This document shows positions 51,101 through 59,853 of a stretch of DNA of 64,000 nt, in pieces. The DNA is from a candidate division FCPU426 bacterium (lineage in GTDB: Bacteria > Oederibacteriota > Muellerivitia > Muellerivitales > Muellerivitaceae): the NCBI GenBank assembly GCA_963771075.1, contig CAVYSE010000028.1:1-64000 (forward strand), written 5' to 3'. How positions within the stretch are numbered: position 1 is the stretch's first letter; every line of letters begins with the position of its first letter. A model generated the notes under the pieces. The model saw nothing but the letters and a program-made list of their open reading frames with translations, was not told where the DNA came from and made no database searches. Position numbers and translations under genes: made by a program.

Positions 51101-52497
51101 GTCTGGGGAAACATGTCGAGGGGCTGGGCCCAATCCACCGCGTAACCATGCTTGACCAGCAGGGATAGGTCCCTCGCCAGGGTGGAGGGATCGCAAGAGA
51201 CGTAGACGATGCGTTGGGGCTGAAGGGCCCCTATCCGAGCGAGCACTTCGGGCAAAACCCCTTTCCGGGGAGGGTCCACGATGACCGCGTCCACCTGGTT
51301 GAGGCCCTTTTCCCTCAAACCCAAAAGGACCTGGGCCACATCCCCTTCCAAGAAATCGATGTTGTCTTTTCCGTTGAGCGTCAGGTTGGCCTTGGCGTCC
51401 TCTACCGCGGGTCCTACTTCCTCGATCCCCACCACGTATTCGCATTCGTTGGCAACTCCCAGGGCCAGGGTGCCGATCCCGCTGTAAAGATCAAGCGTCG
51501 TGGGCCATTTTCCCCCGTTCTCGGGGCCTCCCAGGGCTTCCCGCACCACCGAGTGCAGCAGGTCGGCTTGGGCTGTGTTCACCTGGAGGAAGGATTGGAG
51601 CGAGACCTTCAAGCGGAGCTGGTCGATCTCCTCAAAATAATGGTCCCGTCCGGCGAGCACCTTGGTCTGCGATCCAAAAACGATGTTGGTGCGGGATGGG
51701 TTGATGTTTTGCAAAACCCCCACCAGGGAGGGGACCTCCGCCATCAATTCCCGGGCCAAGCGGGGCAGGATGTCTTCCAGGGATTCGGCCGATACGCCCG
51801 TCGCCTGAACCCTTTCCTCGGGAATCTCCGAGCGCGTTACCAGGGCCAGCAGGATCTCGCCGGTCATTTCGCCCCGGCGTACCGCCAGGTGCCGGAGGAA
51901 TCCCGAGTGCTTTTTTTCCTGGTAGGGCGTCAGGCCCGACCGGTCGATCTTGCGCAGTACCTGCTGGATAAGCTCGTTGATCCCGTCCGCCTGGATGGGG
52001 CAATTCTGGTAAGGCACCAGCTTATGGGACCGGGGCTCGTAAATGCCCGCCACGAAGTGCCCGTCCCTCATGGAAAGGACCGGCATGGCCTTGTTGCGGT
52101 AATGGTAGGGAGAGGGGGAGGGGAGGCAGGGCTGAACGTTGATATTCGGCATCTTGCCGATACGCTCCAAGGCGTCCACCAGGAATTGGCGTTTGGCCTG
52201 GAGCTGGAGGGGATATTGGAAGTGCTGCCAATGGCAGCCGCCGCATTCCTCAAAAATGGGACAAGGCGGCTCTACCCGATCGGTGGACCGGCGGAGAATT
52301 CCGGTGATTTTTCCGACGGCGAAATGGTCCTTGACCTGGGTAACCTGGACGGTCACCTTCTCTCCCGGCAGGCCCCCGGGCACGAAAATAGCGAAATCCT
52401 GGTACCGGCCCACCGAATCACCGCCGAAGGCCAGGGTGGTGATCTCCAACTCGATCTTGTCGCCAAATCGGACAGGTTTAACGGCTTTGGTTTTCAT
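48196..52497 (-). CDS. rlmD: 23S rRNA m5U methyltransferase RlmD fused to an acidic linker, a TM helix and a periplasmic TIM-barrel/Ig-like region
   Basis: TRAM N-terminus, CPIFEECGGC, SFLQVN, DLYSGIG, DPPRKG, YVSCDPSTLARD, DMFPQTYHVE in the first ~475 aa; then ~950 aa more in frame, including a TM at about 50092-50150. Confidence 0.85.
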   Translation of the reverse strand: MKTKAVKPVRFGDKIELEITTLAFGGDSVGRYQDFAIFVPGGLPGEKVTVQVTQVKDHFAVGKITGILRRSTDRVEPPCPIFEECGGCHWQHFQYPLQLQAKRQFLVDALERIGKMPNINVQPCLPSPSPYHYRNKAMPVLSMRDGHFVAGIYEPRSHKLVPYQNCPIQADGINELIQQVLRKIDRSGLTPYQEKKHSGFLRHLAVRRGEMTGEILLALVTRSEIPEERVQATGVSAESLEDILPRLARELMAEVPSLVGVLQNINPSRTNIVFGSQTKVLAGRDHYFEEIDQLRLKVSLQSFLQVNTAQADLLHSVVREALGGPENGGKWPTTLDLYSGIGTLALGVANECEYVVGIEEVGPAVEDAKANLTLNGKDNIDFLEGDVAQVLLGLREKGLNQVDAVIVDPPRKGVLPEVLARIGALQPQRIVYVSCDPSTLARDLSLLVKHGYAVDWAQPLDMFPQTYHVETVVRLNRVIPRESTVDATIRQALEPFRLPREEVQKPGDSILLNTVRLLGRGVSSALGTASSAWVWVRGKQNQAMQLWGGAQQAYRNWARAKAAAKKAADPANITRASANPAEREEAIRRFLWGSLPEDELPQEMPSPLMAGPALQNLSTEDKARNEEPGPLETEALTRGTVLEEMSEEDRMKFTTIGEALENAIHDEETVIENLSEAPSLAEKSGKTNPLEASPPSATETERFISEERLQRMILEGSMGIDQAAEPISNREPATPSSVSVDPLFTAEDPSPVISTSRSIFAGIGSGLEKLKEAWVLQQNSSRRAWGFLGVLFGFLVLAFLAKATLTSLASQQTIPLKTLSLEIPDVVALMPKGSFLRYEMVPFELKVSSMNYRRFVNSHAYVEVLMNGKPVTLVDGHTRVELRKEAEGRKFSGNWPVPFNPRPGTYLAQLVLVDPDRSNPRVFQSAFTIPPLRPSGLDPGYAVLTMEGGKQLIRGAIPSLDASGTMSPAHAIDWTKFMGANVFCNLVGDTSIWERFYPQDFPFNREEMENGRKYAQAAHAAGIKYAAYMTTFKVEGDGWHQAPYQFSLGYDLSTDQVIQTRFISLDDPKRQQDILDFLQTMNKDSNVDFVGLDYVRTGFAGYELVDEFVKDLNMNLPEGFDTMAEPDRIHWLAHTVERNTDPQVVALFEWWRAHKVAMVLKNVLDQAKMTKPVFTFTLGWEMGHQHGQDPAMLVDAGINFNHIMLYEGDRSTIEDMKRHWPGYLSREGGMYVPGEEVDFNMVQKSLDPPAPEELYNREVETFNLWYGLNANLGMFWHDLYRLIWGVRGPYSRMEWAISGGKAFTTLRQEEGLLPVEVSLTAPKEASLGAEVPLTVDIHNPTANTIKGLILRQLDTTKDYYNVLSTVGPLDVSPGMVVRVKSMFVNLPKEAQPERDSQTMAAILVETPDDSVHAFDFAYVKGVTGTSPARKPKP

Positions 52498-52682
52498 TCT
52501 TGCCTTTAACGATCAGGGTCCCACCTGGGGACTGTCTTCTTGAAAATTCCCTTTTGAAGCGGTTGCATTTTAAAGTATTTTTGCGCCAAAACGTATCCCA
52601 ACCTGGGATTGCGAAGGATATACTTTCCCCGCCGCGGTTTGGGAAACCGTTCAACGGGGCTGATCGGGAGGGGAGATTGGCA

Positions 52683-54146
52683 ATGAAAAGGCTTTCTTGG
52701 GCGTTGGGATTATGGATCCTATTCATGGGGTCCGGCCGCCTCTGGCCCTCCGAGACAAGGGTCGATTCCACCGGCGGCTTGACGACCATCCTGACGGATG
52801 AAACCACCGACTTGAGCTTCATTATGGACGGAAACCCCGCGGGGCTCCTCCTATTGGACACCCATGACCGGTTGGACGAGGCCTTTCAATGGGGCCAGCA
52901 AAATACCCAGCCCTCCGGGCCGGGTTCCTACCAACAAACCTACGGTTCGATTCCCCGCCTTTTGGGGGACAATGACCTCCATTATTCGGGTTGGATGGCT
53001 TTCCCTTCAAAGGGTGTCGCTTTCCAGGCGGGAGGGGACTTCCTGTCCCAATCGGGCCAGACCACCGGTGTGGCCGATACCTTTACCCTCGGCCAATACC
53101 GGGGCTTGATCCGCGGCGCGGCGAGCCTGGGCCCCCTGGTCCTCGGCTTGGAAGTACGGAATATGGAATCGAACAACGCCTATGACCCGGGGCTCTATTC
53201 GGACAAAACCCTCCCCTATAGCCTCCAGAACGGCTCCAGCGCCCTGAACCAAACCTACCTTCGCGCGGGACTCGCCACCACCTTTCCCGAAAACCAGGGA
53301 CCGGATGACGCCTATTGGCAGGCGGGTGGACTCTTCGAGGCCCAGGTCGCGGGCGGTAATATCGCTTTCAACGCCAATCTCGATTACCCGGGCGGAAACA
53401 CCTTCGCCCTGCGGCAGAACAACAGCTATACCGATTACTATTACTTCGGCCCCGAGCTGAGGTATGTCATTCCCCATCACGCCATTTTCCGTTTCAGTTA
53501 TTTCCTGACCTATGACGACACCAATTTCGAACGGACGGTCTCGGCCACCTCCCCCGATTACGCCAACCTGAACGCCTATCACTCCACCCAATATCAATCC
53601 ATGAACGCCAGCGGGGCCTTCCGGTTGATCTTCCCCACCTCGGGACGGGAAAACCTGAAAATTGGCGGCTTCATTTCCTCCTTCTTCAACAACACGGATG
53701 ATTTGAGTACCGTCGAAAACGTCTATACCAACACGAACCGCCAGCAAATCCAAACGAACCTGGGGGTAGGCCTGGAAACGATCCATGATTACGCCTTTGG
53801 AATCCAATTTGAGAGCCAGACCTACACACTGGATAACACCTCCATCGCTTCCGCGGCCACCACGGCCCAAAGCGACTACAATTATTACCAATTCGCCCTA
53901 GGCGGGGAGAAATGGCTGGACGATCATCTCGCTTTCCGGCTGGGCTTGTCGGGGGAGGATGACGAATATTTCCAGGCCTCCAACCTAGAAAACCTCGTCG
54001 CTTTGTTGAACGCCGGGTTGGGCTGGGAGGACACGACTTGGGCCTGCGACCTGAGGCTTTGGGTGGGGGAGCAAACCAACCTTCAGGATTCCTCGAACCA
54101 GGGGAATTTGGGCGGCTTCGAGGTCTCAGGGACCGTCTTTCTTTAA
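52683..54146 (+). CDS. Outer-membrane beta-barrel protein (FadL/PorV-like N-terminus)
   Basis: GGAG before MKRLSWALGLW; RVDSTGG...D....NPAGL; alternating strands; ends SGTVFL. Confidence 0.6.
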   Translation: MKRLSWALGLWILFMGSGRLWPSETRVDSTGGLTTILTDETTDLSFIMDGNPAGLLLLDTHDRLDEAFQWGQQNTQPSGPGSYQQTYGSIPRLLGDNDLHYSGWMAFPSKGVAFQAGGDFLSQSGQTTGVADTFTLGQYRGLIRGAASLGPLVLGLEVRNMESNNAYDPGLYSDKTLPYSLQNGSSALNQTYLRAGLATTFPENQGPDDAYWQAGGLFEAQVAGGNIAFNANLDYPGGNTFALRQNNSYTDYYYFGPELRYVIPHHAIFRFSYFLTYDDTNFERTVSATSPDYANLNAYHSTQYQSMNASGAFRLIFPTSGRENLKIGGFISSFFNNTDDLSTVENVYTNTNRQQIQTNLGVGLETIHDYAFGIQFESQTYTLDNTSIASAATTAQSDYNYYQFALGGEKWLDDHLAFRLGLSGEDDEYFQASNLENLVALLNAGLGWEDTTWACDLRLWVGEQTNLQDSSNQGNLGGFEVSGTVFL

Positions 54147-54169
54147 TCCCCCTGCTGGCCCCCAAAAAC

Positions 54170-54206
54170 AAAAAAGGGCCCAGGCTTTCGCCCGAACCCT
54201 TCTTTT
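54170..54206. terminator. Possible bidirectional terminator between convergent genes
   Basis: A-tract, imperfect GC stem with TTCG loop, T-rich tail. Confidence 0.5.
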
Positions 54207-54223
54207 ACGCGAATCAAAACTTT

Positions 54224-55012
54224 TTATTTTTTCTTGGACGCCGGGGCCAGTTCCCCTTCCAACCGCAGGTAATCCAGGTAAACAACCGGGGGCTTGGTCC
54301 AGCCGTCGGTATTCACCCAGAATTGGATCGACCTCATGTTGGCCAGGTCCATGCGCTCCGCCGTCAAGTCGGTAAAGGTCACCGCGAGATTGGCGACCTT
54401 TTTGGGCGTCAGCACACCCCAGGTCTCATGGATGAAGGATTTGGAGTCGGCGACCCTCATGTGCCAGGTCACGGGTTGGTCCTGCGGGTTGAAGGCGTCC
54501 AGGTTCAGGGTGCTGTATTCGGACCAATCGTAGACCCTCAATTGGGTCGGCGACTCGGTGTCCAGGGTCAGGGTGGGCTGCCAGCCGGAGGGAGGGGGTG
54601 GGGCCGCTGGCACGCTCACGACGACCGGGGTCGGGCTGCCCTTGGCCTTGAGGATAGGCGTGGGCACCACCTTCACCTTCGGGTTGGGGGTAGGGGTGGG
54701 CGGCATGGGGGTGGCCGTGGGGGGAGCGTTGGGTCCCAGGGTCGGGGTTGGATAAAACTGCGATTGAAGCATAAAAGTCGCCATGGCGGATCGCTTGCCG
54801 TGGGTCTGGTTGTCGGTCGAGGTTTCCAATTTCACGTAACCGCCGCTGGCCCAATCCAGGTCCATGGAGGGGTCCTCAAAGTCGTTGATGACCAGGATCC
54901 GCTTGGTCTCTTTTTTCTTGGAAAAACCCTTGGTCAGGCCCAGGCCCTGGGCGACGACATAAATCAGTCCCAGAACCAGGACCAGGATCAGGAATTGCAG
55001 GAAAAGTCTCAT
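54224..55012 (-). CDS. Membrane-anchored protein with a galactose-binding-like (CBM) domain and an internal Pro-rich insertion
   Basis: N-terminal TM; INDFE, THGKRSA, YDWSEYSTL.LDAFNP, DLANMRSIQF, VYLDYLRL. Confidence 0.6.
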   Translation of the reverse strand: MRLFLQFLILVLVLGLIYVVAQGLGLTKGFSKKKETKRILVINDFEDPSMDLDWASGGYVKLETSTDNQTHGKRSAMATFMLQSQFYPTPTLGPNAPPTATPMPPTPTPNPKVKVVPTPILKAKGSPTPVVVSVPAAPPPPSGWQPTLTLDTESPTQLRVYDWSEYSTLNLDAFNPQDQPVTWHMRVADSKSFIHETWGVLTPKKVANLAVTFTDLTAERMDLANMRSIQFWVNTDGWTKPPVVYLDYLRLEGELAPASKKK

Positions 55013-55159
55013 ATCATTTCCTCATTTAGATTTGCCCGATAGGGACACAACCGTGGCATTGTAACAGCCTCCCTGGGGCCCCGCAATCTTCGTTCTCGGG
55101 TGATTCAGCGGGCCGGAGAAACGTTACATCCAACTTATGCCGACCTTATTAAACCTTTA

Positions 55160-55458
55160 GGCTCTTTCACGAATTTGCAGATAACCCTTATTGCCAAGGA
55201 AGGTACCCCCCCTTTGAAAAGGGATTTATATCTTTAAGTTCCTTGATAAAAAGCCAGTTTGTATTCCGTCTCCCCCTCTGAAAGAGGGGGACCAAGGGGG
55301 AGTTAGCTTTTCCATTCTCGTTTTTCACGACTAACACCCCCCCTCCCCCCCTCTTTCAGAGGGGGGAGAAAGCGGTTCGCCTTACTACCTTATTATTGGC
55401 CACGCTTAGGCTCCCCATGGTAATTCTGGGCAACTATCTACAAATTCAGGAAAGAGCC
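55160..55458. mobile_element. MITE, 299 bp, with 24-bp terminal inverted repeats and 8-bp target duplication (IS1595-like)
   Basis: GGCTCTTTCACGAATTTGCAGATA / TATCTACAAATTCAGGAAAGAGCC (21/24); AACCTTTA at 55152-55159 and 55459-55466; no ORF inside. Confidence 0.8.
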
Positions 55459-55687
55459 AACCTTTAATGAGGTCGGAATTCCCCCGTTTTCAATCAATGT
55501 TTTCTTAGCGGCTTTGTGGTGAAAGCGGGTTTGCTTTGGCCTTAAATAAAATCTGAGACCTCTGAAAAACTCTAAAAGAGCGACAATCAGAGGTCTCGAT
55601 CCCAAAGATTTCCGCAGGAAATCGTGGGGTTACCTTGAATGTTTTCCTGAAGAAGGCGGCAAAGCCGACTTTTTCAGAGGTTACAAT

Positions 55688-56716
55688 TTATTTCTTCGAA
55701 CCGCAGGATGAACGGACCACCAGCTGGGTAGGCACCAGGATCTGCTTGGCTCGCCAATGTTCGGGGGCCTGGAACTTCTGCAATAGGATATGGGCGGCTT
55801 CCACGCTGATGGTTTTGTAATCTTGCCTCACGGTCGTCAGGGAGACCAGGCCCAGGGAAGCCTCCGTAATATCGTCAAACCCCACCACCGCCATATCCCT
55901 CCCAACTTTTAGCTTGGCTTTTTCCAGGGCTTTCAACGCCCCGAGGGCCATGAGGTCGTTGCTGGCGAATACCGCCGTGGGACGGTCCTTCAATCCCAAT
56001 AGACGGGTCATGGCTTGCTCGCCCGAATCCTTCAGGAAATCCCCCTCGATCACATAATCGTCGGGAACGGTTAGGCCGTGGCGGTGCATCGCCAGTTTGA
56101 ACCCGCTGAGGCGGTCCGACGCGTTGCGGGAGGTCTTGAGCTGGCCCGTGATGATGGCGATCTTCCGGTTCCCCAACTTGACCAGGTGGTCCACAACCTT
56201 TTCCGCAGCCTGGATATTATCGCTGTCCACGAAATCAAAGCGGGGGTCCAGGGTACGGTATCCGATCAACACCACCGGTACCCGGTTATCCATCAATTGT
56301 TCCACCTGTTTTTCCTCCAAATAGGGGGAAACCATCAAGACACCGTCCACCGCGTTATGGAATACCCGGCGGTAAACTTCCTGGGGATCAAACACACCGG
56401 CGATGGTGTTGATGAGGATTCCATATTGGTTTTCCTGGACGACCTGGTTGATCCCATCGAGGATCCCGGCGTACCAGGGGCTGTTGAAACCGAATTCGTA
56501 ACCCGCCCATGAAAAGAAGACCTCGATGAGGTTGGTCTGCTTCACCACCAAACCCCGGGCGATGGGATTGGGTTTGAATTGAAGCTCCGCGATGACTTTT
56601 AAAACTTTTTGGCGGGTCTCATCCAGCACGTTCGGGTTGTTGTTCAACACGCGGGACACGGTGGAGATGGAAACGCCCGCCTTCTGGGCAACGTCATAGA
56701 TGGTATTTTGGACCAT
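55688..56716 (-). CDS. LacI family transcriptional regulator
   Basis: TIYDVAQKAGVSISTVSRVLN, F.PN.IARGL, VFASNDLMALG, VVGFDD, LTTVRQD. Confidence 0.95.
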   Translation of the reverse strand: MVQNTIYDVAQKAGVSISTVSRVLNNNPNVLDETRQKVLKVIAELQFKPNPIARGLVVKQTNLIEVFFSWAGYEFGFNSPWYAGILDGINQVVQENQYGILINTIAGVFDPQEVYRRVFHNAVDGVLMVSPYLEEKQVEQLMDNRVPVVLIGYRTLDPRFDFVDSDNIQAAEKVVDHLVKLGNRKIAIITGQLKTSRNASDRLSGFKLAMHRHGLTVPDDYVIEGDFLKDSGEQAMTRLLGLKDRPTAVFASNDLMALGALKALEKAKLKVGRDMAVVGFDDITEASLGLVSLTTVRQDYKTISVEAAHILLQKFQAPEHWRAKQILVPTQLVVRSSCGSKK

Positions 56717-56740
56717 GGGTTTTATTATTCTCTTTCCGTT

Positions 56741-56750
56741 AAAGCGCTTT
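56741..56750. promoter_or_regulatory. LacI operator-like palindrome AAAGCGCTTT (possible autoregulation)
   Basis: 25 nt upstream of the LacI ATG; weaker related sites at about 56790-56801 and 56831-56840 (AAAACGTTTT). Confidence 0.75.
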
Positions 56751-56933
56751 CCCTTAGTCCTAGAAAAAGTTAGGCGGGTTTAAGGCTTTCACGCGCTTTC
56801 ATGTTTGCTGAACTACCATTCCCGACCTGAAAAACGTTTTAATTTTTCTTGGAGAGGGAATTTGATGCGAATGGTTTTATTATAAAAGCAGTGGTCGGGG
56901 AAAAACACCTGGTTTTCAATGAGGATTAAAACT

Positions 56934-56966
56934 AAAAAGGCCCCAATTGACATTTGGGCCTTTTTT
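56934..56966 (-). terminator. Intrinsic terminator after hsp20
   Basis: AAAAAGGCCC...GGGCCTTTTTT. Confidence 0.7.
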
Positions 56967-56997
56967 ACATCTTAAAAGCTTTAATCCACTTAAAGAT

Positions 56998-57459
56998 TTA
57001 TTTCACATCTATGTCGATTTCCTTGGGTTTGGCTTCCTCGCTTTTGGGAACAGAGATTTCCAAGATCCCATCCTTAAAGGAAGCGGAAATTTTTTCCGCC
57101 CGGATGGGCGAGGAAAGGGCGAAACTCCGCTGGAATGCACCATAGGACCTTTCCACCCGGTGGTATTTCTTTTCCTTGTCCGTCTTTTTCTCCTCGGTTC
57201 TCTTTTCACCCGTCAGGGTCAAGACGTTATCCAAGAGGGAAATTTTGACGTCTTCTTTTTTCATACCCGGCATTTCCGCTTTGAACAAGTATTCATTCTC
57301 GGTTTCCTCAACGTCAACGGCCGGAATCCAGTTCGACGCGATGCCCTTCCATTGGGGTTCCCACCGGTCCTCAAAAACCCGTTCAATAAGCTGGTCCAGG
57401 GAATCCACCCAGGGACGGGCGGTGCTGTTCACGCGGCGTGAAAGCTGGTTAAAGTTCAT
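56998..57459 (-). CDS. Hsp20/alpha-crystallin small heat shock protein
   Basis: PAVDVEE, AEMPG, LTLTGEK, ERSYGAFQRSF, FKDGILEISVPK; GGAGG before the ATG at 57459. Confidence 0.93.
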   Translation of the reverse strand: MNFNQLSRRVNSTARPWVDSLDQLIERVFEDRWEPQWKGIASNWIPAVDVEETENEYLFKAEMPGMKKEDVKISLLDNVLTLTGEKRTEEKKTDKEKKYHRVERSYGAFQRSFALSSPIRAEKISASFKDGILEISVPKSEEAKPKEIDIDVK

Positions 57460-57600
57460 GGTGAAACCTCCAAAATAATTTGTAATGCCCTTCTGCCGAT
57501 ACAAATAGGAACGGATGGTTTTTTCGTCAAGGCCCCCTTGATGGACGGCCCCCGGCGAGGTTGGTAGAATCCCCCTTGTCAAAAACCGAAAGGATTCCTA

Positions 57601-58428
57601 ATGACGAGCCAGTTAAAAGCCGCCGTGGAAGCCGCCCAAGCCGCCGGTTCCCTCCACCGCCGTTTCTACGGAAAAACCCTGAAGATCGAACTTAAAAAGG
57701 ACAATTCCTTGAACCTGGTCACCCAGGTGGACAAGGCCTGCGAGAAAAAAGTCCAAACCATCCTTCACGAGCGTTTCCCCGCTTTTAATTTTTGGGGTGA
57801 GGAAAGCGGGCAGGACGCGGGCGATTCGGAATATACCTGGATCGTGGATCCCCTCGACGGCACCACCAACTTCGCCCATGCTTATCCCTTCTTTTGCGTC
57901 TCGATCGCGTTGCTTCAAGGAAAAAAACTGGTCCTCGGGGTTATCTATGACGCCATGAATCACGAATGCTTCACGGCGGAAAAGGGCAAGGGCTCATTCC
58001 TTAACGGGAAACGCATTTATGTCTCAACCGTTTCCAAGCTTTCGAAAAGTTTCTTGAGCACGGGCTTCGCCTACGGGGTTAAGGAAACCCTTTATAACTT
58101 TGAGAACTTCAAGAATTTCGTCTTGAACAGCCAGGGTGTCCGACGGGACGGCTCAGCGGCCATGAATTTGGCCTATGTCGCGGCGGGACGCTTTGACGGC
58201 TTCTGGGAAAGGGGCATCCAGGCATGGGACATGGCAGCGGGGATTCTTTTGATACGGGAGGCAGGCGGCAAGGTGACGGACATTTCGGGTCAGCCCTTTG
58301 ACCTCATGGCGCAAAACGCCCTGGCCAGCAACAGCAGGATCCACCGGCAGATGCACAGGATATTGTGGGCGGGGCCGGATGAGAAAAATTGGGTTTTACA
58401 AAACTCCAAAAAAGGTTCCCTGGGTTGA
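57601..58428 (+). CDS. suhB: Inositol monophosphatase family protein (SuhB-like)
   Basis: GEE, WIVDPLDGTTNF, GSAA..LAYVA.GR.DG, WDMAAG. Confidence 0.88.
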   Translation: MTSQLKAAVEAAQAAGSLHRRFYGKTLKIELKKDNSLNLVTQVDKACEKKVQTILHERFPAFNFWGEESGQDAGDSEYTWIVDPLDGTTNFAHAYPFFCVSIALLQGKKLVLGVIYDAMNHECFTAEKGKGSFLNGKRIYVSTVSKLSKSFLSTGFAYGVKETLYNFENFKNFVLNSQGVRRDGSAAMNLAYVAAGRFDGFWERGIQAWDMAAGILLIREAGGKVTDISGQPFDLMAQNALASNSRIHRQMHRILWAGPDEKNWVLQNSKKGSLG

Positions 58429-58482
58429 ACTCCCATCGTTTCACCCAGGCCAACCTCGGTTTCAAGGTCTTCCCCATTGATA

Positions 58483-59253
58483 TCAATATAAATTAACGGG
58501 CGCTCCCATCTTCACGCCCAGCTTTTGGGCGGCGTTGCCGCCGTTCATGGCTATTTCCAAATGGCCCGATGACCCAATCAGGGCGGCCACCGTTCCCTTC
58601 TTGACCTGCGAATAATGGGTGATGAAATTCAAAACCACCGTCTTGCCCACGCGCAAGCGGAAGGGTTTAGGCAGGTGCTGACTCTCAAGGTTTGAGATCA
58701 AATTCCCGAAGCGGTCGATCCACAAAACCTCGCCCGTCCACCCCTTGGCTGTTTTGTAAGGTTTGGGAATTTCCCCCCAAACCCAATTGTTGGTTTTCTT
58801 GCCCAATTTGAATAGGGGAACCCCCTTCGCGAGATAGGCGGCGGCAGGCGCGAAGACATCCCGTCCGTGGAAAGTGGAGCTAGCTTTAGGTAGTTGGTAC
58901 TTTTTCTCCGTTAACTCGACGACCTGCTCGATGCCCCATTCTTTCAAGGCCGCCGGGATCAGCCCATTATCCGGTCCCACGAAATACCGGCCTTTTGACT
59001 TAAAGGCAACCGTCTTTCGACGGCTCCCTACCCCCGGGTCCACGACGCCCAAGTGAATAGCGCCCTTGGGGAAATATTCGATCACGGATTGAAGCAGGAA
59101 AGAAGCGGTCAGGACAGCCTGGGGTGGAACCTCATGGGTTAAGTCAATCAATTGGGCATTGGGACAAATATTGAGGATGACCCCTTTCATCGTGCCGACA
59201 TAGGGGTCACTCATACCGAAATCTGTTAAGAGAGTAATAATCGGATTGTTCAT
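58483..59253 (-). CDS. SAM hydroxide adenosyltransferase (DUF62, chlorinase/fluorinase family)
   Basis: LLTDFG, DLTH, VVDPGVGS, GPDNG, STFHGRDVF, IDRFGN. Confidence 0.92.
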   Translation of the reverse strand: MNNPIITLLTDFGMSDPYVGTMKGVILNICPNAQLIDLTHEVPPQAVLTASFLLQSVIEYFPKGAIHLGVVDPGVGSRRKTVAFKSKGRYFVGPDNGLIPAALKEWGIEQVVELTEKKYQLPKASSTFHGRDVFAPAAAYLAKGVPLFKLGKKTNNWVWGEIPKPYKTAKGWTGEVLWIDRFGNLISNLESQHLPKPFRLRVGKTVVLNFITHYSQVKKGTVAALIGSSGHLEIAMNGGNAAQKLGVKMGAPVNLY

Positions 59254-59269
59254 AAAAATCCCTAGATGG

Positions 59270-59381
59270 CGGTCCACAGCTCGCAGTCCGCGGGGAAGCC
59301 GTGAAAGTCTAGCCGCGGGCCGCGAACTGCCAACTGCGGTCTGCTTTTTCTACCAACTGAGGACTGCCGACTGTCTACTGC
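59270..59381. repeat. Inverted 7-mer repeat arrays (CAGTCCG/NNNACTG)
   Basis: CGGTCCA CAGCTCG CAGTCCG ... CGAACTG CCAACTG CGGTCTG ... CCAACTG AGGACTG CCGACTG TCTACTG; same family as 31603-31697. Confidence 0.7.
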
Positions 59382-59385
59382 TTCT

Positions 59386-59844
59386 TCATTTCCCCGCGTT
59401 GCGCATGCGGATCTTTTCCGCCAGGAGGTAGCGGTCCAGTTTCGCGACGTCCTGTTTATTGATGGCGAGGATCTTCAACCCCGCCCGGAAGGTGGACCCG
59501 GCCGCCCCGGCGGATTCCATCCCCGCCCGGACCACCTCGGCCAGGAGGTTCAGGGGAATGGGCTGGCCAGGCAGGTAAAGCTGGATCTGCAGGGCACAGT
59601 CCTGCGGGAAAGTCTCCTGCCCCACCAGGGACATGCCCCCCATGGAAATATCCCGCGTGACGGCGTGCAGGGTCGCGCTTCTTTTGGATAACTCGGGCAG
59701 GTGGTCGGCGGTGGATTCCCGGTAAGCGGGGTCGGCCAGGGAGGTCACCAGGACTTCCTTTTCGATGACCATATAGGTCACCTTCACGGTGGCGTCCACG
59801 CGTTCGGATTGGCGTTTTTCCATCCATCCCGACTTCATGTTCAT
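59386..59844 (-). CDS. PilZ domain (c-di-GMP-binding) protein
   Basis: RQSER (RxxxR) and DISMGG (DxSxxG). Confidence 0.82.
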   Translation of the reverse strand: MNMKSGWMEKRQSERVDATVKVTYMVIEKEVLVTSLADPAYRESTADHLPELSKRSATLHAVTRDISMGGMSLVGQETFPQDCALQIQLYLPGQPIPLNLLAEVVRAGMESAGAAGSTFRAGLKILAINKQDVAKLDRYLLAEKIRMRNAGK

Positions 59845-59853
59845 TTCATCCCT

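Noticed and set aside
55054..55069. Sigma54-like TGGCA-N-GC sequence on the plus strand
   Set aside because: Poor -12 element and no gene downstream in that orientation.
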